This document shows positions 11,788-25,079 of a stretch of 64,000 bases of DNA, piece by piece. Each line of letters starts with the position of its first letter. Position 1 is the first letter of the stretch. Origin of the DNA: Podarcis gaigeae (taxonomy: Eukaryota); NCBI GenBank assembly GCA_964106915.2, contig OZ066919.1. One strand, given 5' to 3'. The notes beneath the pieces were generated by a model. It had not been told where the DNA came from and searched no databases. It saw nothing but the letters and a program-made list of their open reading frames with translations. The translations under genes were made by a program, and so were the position numbers.

Positions 11788-11903
11788 TTTAATGAATCAG
11801 GGCAAGGGCTCATTCCATAAAAATCTGAGTAATTCATCCACACTTGCTTATCACTTCATTACCATTTTGACTAGAACTTGACACTGAGCCAGTTTGGCAA
11901 GTG

Positions 11904-12024
11904 CAGCCTTTGCCAACTTGGTACCTTCTAGATTATTTTGACTACAACTCTGATAAGCTCCAGCCAGCACAGCTGGGATTTGTAGCCTAAACTATCTGGA
12001 GGGCACCAGGTTGGCAATAGGCTA
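11904..12024. mobile_element. Short palindromic hAT-like MITE (actacaactc family)
   Basis: Arms cagcctttgccaacttggtaccttctagat / atctggagggcaccaggttggcaataggct. Confidence 0.75.
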
Positions 12025-13114
12025 GTGTTTCAGTTACCTGGCTCTCAGACTCCTACAACTCATGATACTTTGCTCTGAACCCCAGTGCTCAGAAAATTAT
12101 GTGAAATGCTCAGCTTCTGAATCTCAAAATGCTTCAGTTATGGTTACAGACAAAAAGCTGGGAAATGTGACTGTTAAAAGCTCATAAAGCAGAAAGCAAA
12201 TAAAAAGGCCTTGGATTTATTAGCTTTTAAAATCTTGTGATTTTAAAACCACTATTTTTGATTGGGTATAATCTATTGACTTTTGATGGTACAGCAGTCC
12301 CGTCGTCAGGTTTTATCTATTGGTGCAGTTCATTTGCATGCTTGCGATTTCACCCTGGCATCTGGCTGACCACTATCAGAGGCAGAGTAACCTTGCTGTG
12401 ACCCTTGCCTGTGAATTCTTATGTCCTGATTTTTGCTTTTGCTCTAATTAATTCAATTTCTTTTTCACTTCCCCCACTCAAAAGAAAAACTCAGGGTTGC
12501 ATTAGATTCAAATACAGTCCTAAAAAAGGCAGGCTTCCAAATCAGTGTTTAAGAACATAGTGCTACATGCTACCCTCAATCTCTGCCAAGTAGTAGCAAG
12601 ATTCCTGGGGGCTCGAGTTGCTTACGCAGGGTAGCGTTTCCATTGGGAAATTGAGGCACAGCAGAGACTAGTGTTTTTAAGAAAAAAATGGTTTTTTTAC
12701 ACATGTTTACATACAGAGCCTTCAATGGAAGGGGTGTAGAACATTATGCCCCAAGTGTCTCTCATTGCTCCCATCATACCTTCAGGGAGCTTGGGTTCAA
12801 AGTCATAACCCTGGTCTCTTGGTGCAGCCTCCTCCAGCCAGTGCCACTTGGAGTGCTCCTTACTTCATCCTTGTTTCCAGAACATCTTACCAAAAAACCT
12901 CTGTGTTGCATCACACCCAGGGTGCCCTTGCAACCTTCCCCTCAGTGACCTGTAGGGTTTTGTGTTTTGTAGGTGGCTTAGTGGCAAGGCCACAATCTCC
13001 CTCTGCCCCTTTGTCTGGCAGAAAAACAAGCTTAGCCTATCAGCTCTGTTTAATTCCAGCACCCAATAATCTAGCCAGCACCCAGGGATCTCGGGAATCC
13101 CTGTTCCCCCACTA

Positions 13115-13645
13115 AACCATAACAATAAGAAGATTCTGCTAGGTGATGCCAATGGCCCATCAAGTCCTGCATTCTGTTCTCACAGTAGCCAAACAGATGC
13201 TTGTAAGAAGCTCGCAATCCAGACGTGAGTACAACAGCACTCTGCCCACCCACCATTCCCAGCTACTGGTATTGAGAAGCATAATGCTTCCAACCATGGA
13301 AGGAGAACATAGCCAGTATGGCTAGTAGCCATCAATAGCCTTATGCTCCACAAATTTGTCTAACCCTCTTTTGAAGCCATCCAAGTTGGATACCATTATC
13401 CCTCTAGAACAGATTGCATATCTTAACTATGCAGTATATGAAGAAATGCTTTCTTTCATCCATCCTGCATCTTCCAACCTTCCAATATCTCTGCATTCTA
13501 CTGTTACAAGAAAAGGAGGAAAACATCTCTCTATCCTCTTTCTCCATGCCATGTATAATTTTATAAACTGGTATCTTGACACGTCTTCCTACTCACCTTT
13601 TCTCTAAACTAAAAGGCATCAAATGCTTCAAAGCTTTCCTCATAG
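13115..13645 (-). mobile_element. CR1 LINE 3' fragment
   Basis: Typical lizard CR1 3' UTR (tcctgcattctgttctcacagtagcc...) and ORF2 end (ttgtctaaccctcttttgaagccatccaag) in antisense. Confidence 0.75.
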
Positions 13646-13779
13646 GTGAGTCATTTGTTATATTAGTTACACTTGGGAAGGCTCATAAGTGCTACATTTT
13701 AAAAAACAAACAAACATCAGGCTGCATTCACAGCAACCTGTTCATAGCACAAAAACAGAATCGTTCTTAATACAAAATA

Positions 13780-14235
13780 CCGTATTTTTCGCCCTATAGG
13801 ACGCACTTTTCCCCCTCCAAAAATGAAGGGGAAATGTGTGTGCGTCCTATGGGGCGAATGCAGGCTTTCGCTGAAGCCTGGAGAGTGAGAGGGGTCGGTG
13901 CGCACCGACCCCTCTCGCTCTTCAGGCTTCAGGAAGCTATCCGCAAGCCTTGGGAGCCCGTGGGACTTCGCACCGGGCTCCCAAGGCTTGCGGAGAGCTG
14001 CCTGCATGCCAGGCTTCAAGCAGATATCCACAAGCCTGGAGAGACCGGCGCGACTTCCCGCCGGGCTCCCTAGGCTTGCGGATAGCAAGCCTGTTCTGGG
14101 GTCGGGGGAAGCTCGGTCTTCCCCCGCCTCAGCCCCGTGCCTGGGGGGGGGGGAATAATTTTTTTTCTTTATTTCCCCCCCAAAAAACTAGGTGCGCCCT
14201 ATGGGCCGGTGCGCCCTATGGGGCGAAAAATACGG
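13780..14235. mobile_element. Tc1/mariner-superfamily (pogo/Tc2-like, CCGTA ends) MITE, 456 bp
   Basis: About 27-bp TIR ccgtatttttcgccctataggacgcac / gtgcgccctatggggcgaaaaatacgg, TA TSD on both sides (13778-13779, 14236-14237), CpG-rich. Confidence 0.92.
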
Positions 14236-15624
14236 TAGTTCATGTTCATCTTCAACATGCTGCTTTCAATCTAGATTGATTCTAGATCCTGTCTTCCTTC
14301 CCTTCACATGTCCCAGGGGAAAGGAGCAAGAAGTAGTGACTGTGACTGTGAAGTATATTGCCACCCATCAGAGTCACTGAGCAGATGTGGATACACCCCC
14401 AATTACTGGGACCACCTACATCTGTTTTCAAATGGACACACTGCAAAGTAATGCAATATCAATCTACAATGAGCTTTAATTTTTTTTGAATAAAACAGCA
14501 TTTTCAATAAGCAGTTTGCAAGGGTAAAATATATGCAATAGATCTAAAATGTGTGTGGACTTGCATAGAAAAAACAAATACTGTCTCTATTGATTTTAGA
14601 GTAAAATGTTGTGTGTACGCAGCCTTAGTATTAGAGGATCTCAGAAATTAAACTGGGAAGTGGAACTCAGTTCTTGACCTATTAGGAGTTCTGTGACAAG
14701 TCAAGTGAGTATCTTCTTTAATTAAGGATATTTCCCAAATATTGGATATACATTCCTTTAGTGTGCCTATCAGTAATTTCCCCTTAGTCTCTGAGACCTT
14801 AAGGGGCAAATAACCTCTGAGCTTCTTGCTGCAAATTAGTCTATATTTTAACATTGGGCTTAAAGGAACTAGAGTCTAGATCTGTGGGCCAAACTGTCTT
14901 GGGGACTCAAGGAGATGCATAGGTTTGGGAGAGAAACCTAGAATGAGGAAGGTCATTTCTGGTCTTAAAATAAAACATGCAACAGCATAGATTGCATAGT
15001 ATTGTTAAGATTTATCAGAAGACAGGGAAGGCTCCCCCTCCTCCCTGAGAGAAGGATGGTGGGGACAGGAGAGTGACAAAGTATGCCGTTCCAGTAGAGT
15101 GGGAGATGGTCTGCTTTAGCTCATTAAATACTGCAATAAAATATTAATAGTTATTGTCCCTCTATTTTTTGTAATTATAATCGCAAAGAAGGATCTGCTG
15201 CAACTCACTAATGTATTCCCAGCAGTGGGCTGCTTTTTAATACCGCAGCGGGAGGGTTAGTGGGGAATAGAAACCTTAATATGTGACTAAGAAAATAGTA
15301 GTATGGTGAAGGTAACTAGTACCCCAGTCCTAGATGTTTTTTGTCACATATCTTCCTCCAGCTCAACCAGTAGGCAGAGTGAAGCAGCTGGCTCTGGCAT
15401 CAATTGCTTGGGAGTGGCAGTTAAGCATTGAAAGATAGAGTTGTAGTGTCTTGGGCTGGCCAGGCAGCAAAATGCCTGGGGCCAGTCCTTCTGTCCTCAA
15501 CATGTGTGCAATCCTAGTTTGTGATATTCTGTTGTTGCAAGCATAGTTAGTGAAGCTGGGGATAAAGTTCCCTTCCTCTTTCTCTGGCTCCAGAGCTCCC
15601 CTATGGGTAACCTATGCATTACAG

Positions 15625-15797
15625 AAGCGTAGAGCACTGATTTGCATGCAGAAGGTTCTGGTTCAATTCCTGGCATCCCCATGTAGTGCCAGGAGAAAAG
15701 GGGCCCCGTTTTGAAACTTTGGAAAGCTGCTGCCAGTCAGTGCAGACAATACTGAACTAGATGGACCATGAGTCTGATTCAGTACAAGGCAGCTTCC
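15625..15797 (+). mobile_element. tRNA-Ala-derived squamate SINE (Squam2-like, name tentative)
   Basis: gtagagcactgatttgcatgcagaaggttctggttcaattcctggcatc...ctgccagtcagtgcagacaatactgaactagatggacc...aaggcagcttcc. Confidence 0.8.
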
Positions 15798-15839
15798 GCT
15801 TTTCTTTTGAAATGGCATATGGTACTCCAAGTATTAGAC

Positions 15840-15976
15840 CAGGTGTGGAGAACATTTGTCCTCGAGATTTTGCAGAACTACAACTCCCATCAGCCCCAGC
15901 AAGCATAGCCAATGGCCAGGGATGATGGGACTTGTAGTACAGCAACATCTGGAGGGCCAAAGGTTCCCCAGGCCTG
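15840..15976. mobile_element. Short palindromic hAT-like MITE (actacaactc family)
   Basis: caggtgtggagaac...gttccccaggcctg ends; inner arms actacaactcccatca / tgatgggacttgtagt. Confidence 0.8.
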
Positions 15977-18344
15977 TCTCTTCAGGGTGGAGTACTAGCT
16001 CTTCTGTCTTTCCTAACCAGATTGTGCCAACTTGTGGAAGAAATTATATCAATGTACCCATATGTCCTCTCTTTCCTCTGCTCACAGTGGGGGCACTCCA
16101 GGCTCCTAGAATAAGTGTCCAAGGGATCTGTTGCTCTGGCTCCTTCACACACTGTTTTCTTAGTTTGTGTTTCATGTATGGTCATGGCCAAAAGTGCTAC
16201 AGTAGCATTTCCAGGCTGGAGGGAAATTCCTCCACTGCAGGTGAGGAGAGTACTATATCTCCTATATAAGCTTCTCCTATGTCCAGTTATAAGCACTTAC
16301 TTTCATGTTGGCTCAGCAAATCTGGTGGTGCTGTGAAGTTAAGCATCTTTACATGGAAGTTACTTTTACTGGAATAGGTTGGTGAATTTGCATGTGGTGA
16401 AATTATTGTGTGATGGCTTCAGCAGATACCCAGCTAGCAGCTGAATCCATATCCACCACAGCGGTACTCATCTTACCAAGATAAGTTGAGCTGCAGTATA
16501 ACTTATAAATGTGAATGAGTTGGGAAATATACAGATGACAAAGCGGTTGCACAACAACATCACTATGTGCTAAAGTCCAACATCTATTCAACACACATTC
16601 CCAACACACTAGTTACTTGGCACTCTAGAGTCAGTTCATACACTGGCAGGTGGCCAGATTCCCCCTTCCCCTTTTTTCCTACCCAGATTGCATCATGCTT
16701 TTGGCATAATGGGTTATATAAATAGTGTGTCATGAGCACAAATTGCAGTTTTGTATGCTACATTCAGCCAACGCTAGAAAACTTTGCAGTGGACTGCAAA
16801 ATCATAGGCTATACTCATCATTAATTACTCAGACATCCCATTACCCAGGAGCACAGTGCATCTGGCCATGTGCCAAATGGCGATGCAAATTGACTCCTCG
16901 AATAAACATTGCTTTAGATTGTTGTAGCCTTTTCAGTAGTTCTGAAGTTCCAATCAGTGCTGCACTTCCTTTTTTTAAAAAAACCTCTGTTCTTACAGCA
17001 GAACAATTTCTGACTTGCACATTTTTGTCATGAAATTCCCATTTTGCAGTCCCAGCACATAATTGGGTGCAGGACATACCTTGCCTCAGGTAGATGTTTG
17101 CGAACTCTGTTGTGCTGTAAGCTGCCACTTTGCATGGCTCCATCTCTAAGGCAGGTGAATGATCTTTGCTGACCCCTGCTGGGTATAATACATGTGTGCA
17201 AAGCAGGTTATCTTGCTTGATCTTCAAGCTGTGGTACCATTATCAATTAATTCTGTCCCTGTTTTGTATCCCTGTCACCTTTTCCTTTCTTACATCCATG
17301 TTGTTTCCTTTACATGTTCCTGCATCTCTGTGCTCCTGCCTTCCACCCTTGCCTTCAGAAGGGTTTCTTACTTGCCTTTAATGTTGCTTATTGCCTGCTC
17401 CAGATGGGCCATATTGACTGAGTTTGGCTGATCCAGTCCCCAGATTCCTTTGTTGTTTCCACCATGGACTAATTGGCTTCTAGGCTTCATACCGGCAAGC
17501 CCCTTCTACTGAAGTGGGTCTTGAACATATGACTTGACCTTGCTGAAATTAGGAGTTGAATCCACCTACAGCCTGCCATATGATAAAGCAATACCTAACT
17601 ATTCCACAAAATTGGGGGGTGGGATTTCATCAGCTATTGATGTAAAACTGACGTTCATACATATGGAAAAGAACACACATATGTAATACTTTCTTCCTTG
17701 CCTAAAAACCCAAATGAGGCTTTCTGGCATGTTGCTCATAATAAGCTGTGTTTTGGAAATTCCATAATTTTCATCTCCTCATCTTCTCATGCTCTGCTTG
17801 GACTGTGGGGGCAGCATCATTTTCTATTGCTTTGTTTGACCTGCAGAGGCAGTATATGCATATTTCTTGCAAACCACCCAAAGCTTATTGCTGCCAAGGT
17901 TATTTTAGCCTACCTTATTTTGTTTTCTGACCGGTCTAGCATATCTACTTAAAGGAATAGTGCAGAGAGCCATACATCTCATATCCTGAGTTAAATCCTC
18001 TATCCAATATTTACATTGTTAAACTTAATGTTGCCAGCATATTCTTGAGGTACTAAGCAGAAAATTCTTAGTTCTTTTCTGTGGCCCCTGTGTATGCACA
18101 CTAATCAGCTCTGTGCCTGTGCAGAGTAAACTTGACAGAGTAAACTTGGAAACTTCTTCAGTTTTAGCCAGGGAACTGGTGCTTCTTACCTCTTCTTCAC
18201 AGAAAGGGGAGGAATGCATGCTTAAAGCTGAGGACCTTCTTGCTCAGTTCTCTTCTAACTGTTCTGTAAGCAAGAGCTTTGGAGAGCACTCTGCAGCATT
18301 TAGTCAGTTCCCCCCTTCTTTTGGACCACAAATTTCCCAATTTG

Positions 18345-18389
18345 TCTGTTTGTTTGTTTGTTTGTTTGTTTGTTTGCTTGCTTGCTTGC

Positions 18390-18421
<32 letters not shown>
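18345..18421. repeat. Compound (TTTG)n(CTTG)n(TG)n microsatellite
   Basis: Direct reading. Confidence 0.95.
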
Positions 18422-18423
<2 letters not shown>

Positions 18424-18554
18424 AAAAGTTTAGTTGTCCACATTGTAAGCACATTGTCTGCGATGAAGTGGCTGCCAGGGCCACTTAGGTGGTGGGAAGC
18501 TCCCCATATGATAGATGGCCATGATAGCCATCTATCATAAAACCCACATTTTAC

Positions 18555-18680
18555 CATTGAATTGGAGCAAATGGCAATTGGGTTTTCCACAGGGACAAAT
18601 AAACCCTGCTTGGACAAGGAGCTTTAAAGTGCGGACTTTTGCCTGGAAAATGTGGCACAAAAAGAAGTCTGGATAAGCCC
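18555..18680. mobile_element. Right-end fragment of palindromic MITE (same family as 28254-28495; PIF/Harbinger-like, tentative)
   Basis: Ends aagtctggataagccc, the inverse of gggcttatccacactt at 28254, and shares aattggagcaaa. Confidence 0.6.
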
Positions 18681-19149
18681 TCAGAGCTGTTCTGTCTGTA
18701 AAGGCGTGAGTCCAAACTGTTCTTGCTCAGTGGTTAGGGAAACACATTCTGTGCATGCTCAGAGATACTTTTACTTCAGGACTTAGCCTTGTTCCAGAGG
18801 TTGAATCCTGGCACAAATACATAAAATATGGCTGCATGATACAAGTCAGCCTGCCTGTATCAGTACATCTGCTACACCCTCCTCCTCCTTGTTTCCACTT
18901 GTTTCTATGTGAATAAAGTGGTTGGCTTTGCATACTTTCAGTCAAGCACTTTCACATCTCCAGCTACCAATTCTGCCCCCCAAAGACATTTTTTTCAGAA
19001 GCTCTTCCCACGTGTGTCTGGCTTATTGTACTGAGCAGCCAGTTTCTCCCAGAAAGACCCTGGCCATTGGTTGCACTATCCGGCAGCCTCACCTGCACAG
19101 AAGGTCTGGTCCCATCAGCCAGCAGGCGGAAGAGAAACGGTGGTGACAA

Positions 19150-19860
19150 GCTGCTAAGCGAGGTGGAATTAGGAGGAATGATAATAAATGTAGATGGTCA
19201 GACGGGAAAATAAAATGATCCATCTTTTGCATGTTCGCCAAGGTGGCTGCCCCCTCCCCATGCCCATTCAATCAGAGCCTGTCAGACCTCCGGCAGCTTG
19301 GCATTTTTGTGAAGAATCTCTTGGCTAAAAATTGTTGTCATTCCTATTTCCTTGTTATCAGTCGTCAGCACCTCGCCAGCGCCCGGAGATTAACGCCGAA
19401 TCACCGGGCAAGCATCCATCCCCCAGGAACCTTCTCCATTACGCCAAGCTCAACGGGTCCCTCCCGCCTCACCTCCCCCATCCATCATCTTTAACGCTGA
19501 CAGCCCAGCATAGGCCTCTCAAATTTATCTCGCTGCGTCCTGGGCAGGCTCTATCCGTCAAACCAAGCAGGGCCTCCTCTCTCCCCTGGTTTGTTGGGGG
19601 GGGAGGAGGAGGAGGAAGCCGCCCGCGTGAGGGACTCGGGGAAAGATTGGTCCGAGATACACAATTAATCACGGCTCGTATCAATTTGGTTGATTTACTC
19701 CCTGGAGAGAGAAGGGGTGTAAACACGGTGTGTGCAGAGGCAGCGTGGAGACATAATGTGTCTGTCTATAGGAAAAACATTAACAGATCATCCCTGTGGC
19801 TGCTGATTGATGGGGTTGATGGAAGAGGGACAGCCTAGTGCTGGCAGTAGTGACAGACAA
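19150..19860. promoter_or_regulatory. Candidate CNE cluster/enhancer, CpG-enriched
   Basis: Repeat-free with many CpGs. TGATTGATGG 19804-19813, TGATTTAC, TGACAG at 19498 and 19851, CTGTCA at 19279. Confidence 0.55.
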
Positions 19861-20237
19861 GAGGATGCCAAGGTGTTGGTCCCACTTGAAAGAAGTATCC
19901 TCTTACCAAAGGCCACCTCTGCATATAAACTAGGCTCCACTCATTTGTCGAAATTGCTGCCCTGTTCACAGAGGCAGTGTCTCTTTTCCTATTTTTAGGG
20001 CCAGGTATGGAGGGCCCAATTTTAACCGCATAATGTTGCAGTAGCTAATATGGCATCTGGCAGAGAATATATTTGTGTCCCTTCCTATTCTGTCCAGTGG
20101 GTTTTCTAGTAACATAAATAGCACTCCAATGTTCTGGGGAGGTCATGGAAGGGCATGTTCACACACAACTTTTTCTAGAGTGCTTATCTTCTCTGACAGG
20201 TGAAACCCTTGTATTTAGGGAAGGAGAGCAAGGAATA

Positions 20238-20479
20238 CAGTGGTACCTCAGGTTACGAACTTAATTCATTCCGAAGGTCCGTTCTTAACCTGAAACCGTT
20301 CTTAACCTGAGGTACCACTTTAGCTAATGGGGCCTCCCGCTGCTGCCATGCGGCTGCTGCATGATTTCTTTTTTCATCCTGAGGTAAAGTTCTTAACCTG
20401 AGGTACTACCTCCGAGTTAGTGGAGTCTGTAACCCAAAGTGTTTGTAACCTGAGGTGTTTGTAACCCAAGGCACCACTG
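20238..20479 (+). mobile_element. Tigger/pogo-like MITE, 242 bp
   Basis: TIR cagtggtacctcaggttac / gtaacccaaggcaccactg, TA TSD, internal aacctgagg repeats (strand arbitrary, opposite to the 27697 copy). Confidence 0.92.
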
Positions 20480-21464
20480 TATAGGCAAGACAGGAGAGCC
20501 TCGCCTAAGAAGGTGAGAGGGATGAGCTGACAGAGAGACATCAGGCTATAGAGCCAATGGATAGATTCCCTGAAGAGCTCCACTGTAACAACTTCCAGTG
20601 TGTCAATGCTGATATTTTAATGGAAAAAAATAAATACATTGGGAGGTATCCACCAACCATGTTCAGTCAGTGCAAGAATTTCCGCTTACGCAATGGAACA
20701 CCGCCACTCAATTCTCTCTGTGTATGCCTCGTGTCCTCCCCTAAGCTGCTCCAGAGGATTGAGGGAACCCCCAAGAACTTACTTAAGTGCGGGGTGCAGT
20801 GAAGTTTGGAGGCAATCCAAAAAATTTGCTTCAGATTCTTTTTCCTTATCACATTGCACTATGGAAAACAAGAACAAACAAGAAAACGTCGCTGAATCGA
20901 CACTGTGGTACTGAAAAGAATATGTATAAGATCTGTGTTAAAAACTTAGCTGCATACTTGAAACTAGTTTTTGAGCAAGTGGTAAGTACCTTTGGTGTCC
21001 GTCCATCCCATAATTATTTCCTTTCCTTTTGGGCTAATAGAAAACCAGCCCATTTTCCTGGGCAAGATTTGTTGCTTTTCCTTTTCCAGCTGGTGGCCTT
21101 GGCACAGTCATCCTGTGCCCCAAAGAGCAGTTGCTCACCTTGCACTGTGGTGTCTCCTGGATGTGACCTTGTTGCCTATGAATGGCCATAATGTAGTATG
21201 GGGGAAAGACCGAACTTAGTACCATGCACATTGGGCCTAGACAAAAAGAATATTAGGACCAATACGATAGCCTATCTAAATGGATGCCAAGAAGATGAGG
21301 AGCAACTGTTTAATACAGATGTTAAATACAGATATCCCAGATGCACCCACCACCTTGTTCCCTGCTATTTTATAGACCAGCCTTCTTCTGATTTGCCATC
21401 CAGTAGAGCTTTTCTGGGTACTACAAGGCCAAATCAATGACAGAACTGACAGTAGCTCACTGAC

Positions 21465-22215
21465 TTGTTTGCAAAGTATTTTGAGGATAAAATTACTTGC
21501 ATCCGCCAGGATCTTGACTCCTCTGTTACAGCAGATGAATCTGTCTAGTTCTGTTGTGTTGGATGAATTTCAGTTAGTAAGAATAAAGGATGTAGACAAG
21601 GTGCTCGGATTGGTCAGGCTCCCACTTGTGCTCTGGACCCTTGTCCCTCTTGGCTGATAATAACTAGCAGAGGGAGAGGACAACTGGCTGGGCCAGGGAG
21701 GTGATTAATACCTCCTAATGAGAGGGGGTGGTCCCTGCCTGCTTGAAGGAGGCTGCGGTAAATCTATTCCTCAAGAAACCCTCCCTGGGTTTGGAAAATC
21801 TAAATAATTACTGGCCAGTTGCCCATCTCCCCTTCTTGGGCAGGGTTCTTGAGTGATCCAAGTGCTCTTGGATTTAACTGATTTTCTAGATCTATTTCAA
21901 TCAGGGTTTAGGCCCAGTTTTAATTATCTTTAACCTCTCAGCAGTTTATGATACCATCGACAATGATATCTTTCTGGAGAGGCTATCTTGAGTTATAGGT
22001 GGGTGGCACTTCTTTGCAGATGGTTGTTTCCAGAGCACGATGCTTGAGGAGTGCTCTTTGGCCCTGTGCAGCCTTCAATGTGAGGTTCCTCAGGGTTCAA
22101 TTTTATCCCCCATAATGTTTAACATCTACATAAAACTGCTGAGTAGGTTCATCTAGAGTTTTGTAGTATGTTGTCAGCAATATGCTGATGACACACAGCT
22201 CTAGTTCTCCTTTGC
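21465..22215 (+). mobile_element. L2 LINE ORF2 (reverse transcriptase) fragment, decayed
   Basis: Frameshifted motifs LDPCPSWL, LKKPSL, FLD.FQSGFR, VPQGSILSP.MFNIY and QQYADDTQL. Confidence 0.9.
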
Positions 22216-22332
22216 ACCTGCTTCCTTCCAAACTTATTTGTGCATAATAGCTGGTAGTGAGTGTACACCCAACCCACAGTGTGGTATAGATTCTGTGTGT
22301 GAGTTGTGCATTAGTGCATAAGCAGTGTAAAG

Positions 22333-22463
22333 CTGATGTGGCGAACCGTTGGCCCTCTGGATGTTGCCAAACTACAACTCCCATAATTCCTGGCCATTGT
22401 TTCTGGTGCAAATGGAAGCTGTAGTTCAGCAACACCTTGAGGGCCAAAGGTTTTCCACCCCTG
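22333..22463. mobile_element. Short palindromic hAT-like MITE (actacaactc family)
   Basis: Arms ttggccctctggatgttg...actaca / tgtagt...caacaccttgagggccaa. Confidence 0.75.
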
Positions 22464-22524
22464 GTGTAAAGCCACATCACCCATGCAAACACACCAATTG
22501 TAAGGAGTTACCATTTCAAAGACT

Positions 22525-22669
22525 CATAGTACAGTATTGTAGAGCTGGAAGGGACCACAAGGGTAATTTAGTCTAACCCCCTTCATGCAAGAATCTTTTG
22601 CCCAACATAGGGCTCAAAGCCATAACCCTGAGCTTTAAGAGCCTCATGCTCTACCAACCTGAGCTATCC
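22525..22669 (-). mobile_element. tRNA-Lys-derived SINE with CR1 tail
   Basis: Same structure as 2017-2169. Confidence 0.75.
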
Positions 22670-23586
22670 TGGACAGAGCTTGCAGATCATGATGAGTGAA
22701 ACTCCTGCTTTGCTGGTCCAATTCTGCTCCAACTGAATATCATTGTCAAATCTTCCTTTACTTCCTCGCATTGTCCTTAGGCAGATCTGGAATTGCTTTT
22801 GCAATAGCTTCTTTTTATTCCTCTCTCTTCCCCCCCTCCAAGGTTAATCATGCCTGGAGAGTTTTTTTGTTTTCTTTTGTGGAAACGATCCATAATTTTG
22901 TAGTGGCTGTTTCAAATATATATACGAGCTGATTTTTTACAGCTCATTTTTATCACCTTTTTATTATCTTGGGTCAAAAGCTTTACTGGGTTGTATTCAG
23001 GGAATTATGCAAACTAAGAGAAAATACCATAGCAAAACTATAGATTTTCTCATTAAACTCTGCTTGGACATGTAGTTATTGTAGTAAAATTCTAGTAACT
23101 ATTACGGTGCCTAATATAAAATTATAGTTTGACACCTTGACGCCAGTGGCCCTGCCTTCGGTTCAAATTAACCCCTACTGTGCTGGAATAAAAGCTGGCT
23201 TCTGTGAAAGGAGATATCCAGTGGCTCCCTGGAGGCCTATGAATGGATTGATCGCAATACTGCTGCCATGTAGGAGCAACCATCTGATTCTTTCCAAGCA
23301 GCCCTTACTCAGCAGCAGGCCAGGCATCTCTTTCCATATTTGTTTCAGAGGAGGGAGTAGGGCAAGTGGCCTTTAACAAAAGGGATGCTAGTGTTTTTTG
23401 GGAAATATAGCCTTGATAGGCTATTCAGTTTAGGATACTAGAAGCTGATGCAGCAATCCACAATACACTTATTCTGGAGCAGTACCACCAATTGTTGTGC
23501 ATCTCGCCTTGACCTCTAGTCTTGAGACACTGTTTATTTCTACAGTGACCTGGAAGTTGTGTCTTCTGTCCAGAAAACTCTGGAAA

Positions 23587-23802
23587 GCCTGTGTGGTATA
23601 GCAGTTTAGAGTGTCAGACTGAGGAGAAGCAGCTTCAGAACTCTCTTGGTCACAAAGCAGGGCACATTGGCATACTCATCATCTCGCAGCCTCATCTTCT
23701 ATACAGGGTTGTGGTGAGAGATAGATGGTGAAGGGGAACCCTATATGTTGCCTTGCGCTCCTTGGAGAAAAGGTGGGATATAAATTTATTTAATAAATAA
23801 AA
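23587..23802 (+). mobile_element. Squam3/MIR-derived SINE
   Basis: gtgtggtatag...ttagagtgtcagact head, cagggttgtggtgag core, ccttggagaaaaggtgggatataaat plus (TAAA)n tail. Confidence 0.75.
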
Positions 23803-25079
23803 GTTGTCTCAATCTTGCATGCATGGAAGATGCTAAGGAATAAACAAAAGACACTTTGAGCATGCTCAGCACATGTTTCCAAGGCTGTGTGCACATTACT
23901 GGCTAAAAACACATTGAGGTGGTTCTTTTTCTAGATTTGGATTGAAGCTGGTTGGGGCTATTCAAATGCATTGCCAGTGATCCTGATGAGCCTTCAGACC
24001 TTGACATCCCAGCCACGGGACTGGAGGTTTCCACACTGGTTGTCTGGGTTCCTGGCTGGCTCCTGGATCTCCCCTCATTATGCCCATGAGCATAGGAGTT
24101 GGCATGTGAGCTTTCAGGGATGCCAGCAAAGTACTTGGCTTGCCACACATGAAGGGGGAAAATGCATGTAAGCACCTGCCTGATCAGAACCTGGTTAAGA
24201 ATTAGGAAGGGGTGAAGTCTCCAATTCCAACATCAGCTCTCAGTCTGAAACCTAGCATTCCTAAAGCAACAGCACTCTGCCATTCTTGAACTTGGTAATG
24301 GACAAGAAGCTGTTGGAGCTTGGCTGTCTTCCCTTACTTGCATAGAACCTTAAGTGTGGAGAGAGGCCTGCATATAGAAATGCCTCATTTTTGCACCAAA
24401 AGATTGTGTGAGCATGGCTAAGTTACCTAGGCATGAGTTCATACTGAAGACTTGCTCCTGTGCTCTGCCCTGTCTGAAACATGCATGCTTAGACTGTGTA
24501 CGAACTGGACCAATCCTTTAATAAAAGTAAAGCTTAGCATTCCCCCCCTGCAGTATAAATTCCCTCTTCCGGTTGCCCTGATAGTTTCATTCCCGTGGGT
24601 CTGTGAGGTTATATGTTGGGAGTGGCTGCATGTTCATTCTGCACTGTCCACATGATTTCCTAGATAGTTATGCAAAAAATCCTTGACCAGCATGGAGACG
24701 GTACTCCCAGCTGCCAGATCCACATGATGACTTCGTAATCCATTTGTGTCACCATTTTATAGTAACCTGACTTGCAAATTCTGTCCTTGCTCTTGAGGTT
24801 TTCCTTGTGTTCAGCTTGGCTAGAAATGAGACCAGATAAACAGTAGGGATATGTATAGCAATATAATTATTGCTTTATTTAATTAAGCTAGTGAAAGTCT
24901 ACTCAAATGGATAGGTTACTCTGGCTGGAAATGCAGAAAAATGCAAGGTCTTATGTATGGTAGTTGTGCTCAGCTTCATAGCAGAGGCTTTCTTCAGACA
25001 GTGTCCTATCTGACTGACTGTTCTAAAGAAATTTGTATTGCGTGTAGCCAGGCTCTGGAAACATTTCCTTTTGATTGTC

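Noticed and set aside
13717-14380. Cluster of overlapping ORFs with repeated peptides
   Set aside because: Produced by the internal inverted repeats of the MITE
19332-19838. 168-aa ORF as a hidden gene
   Set aside because: No recognisable domain or splice structure; better explained by a GC-rich regulatory block
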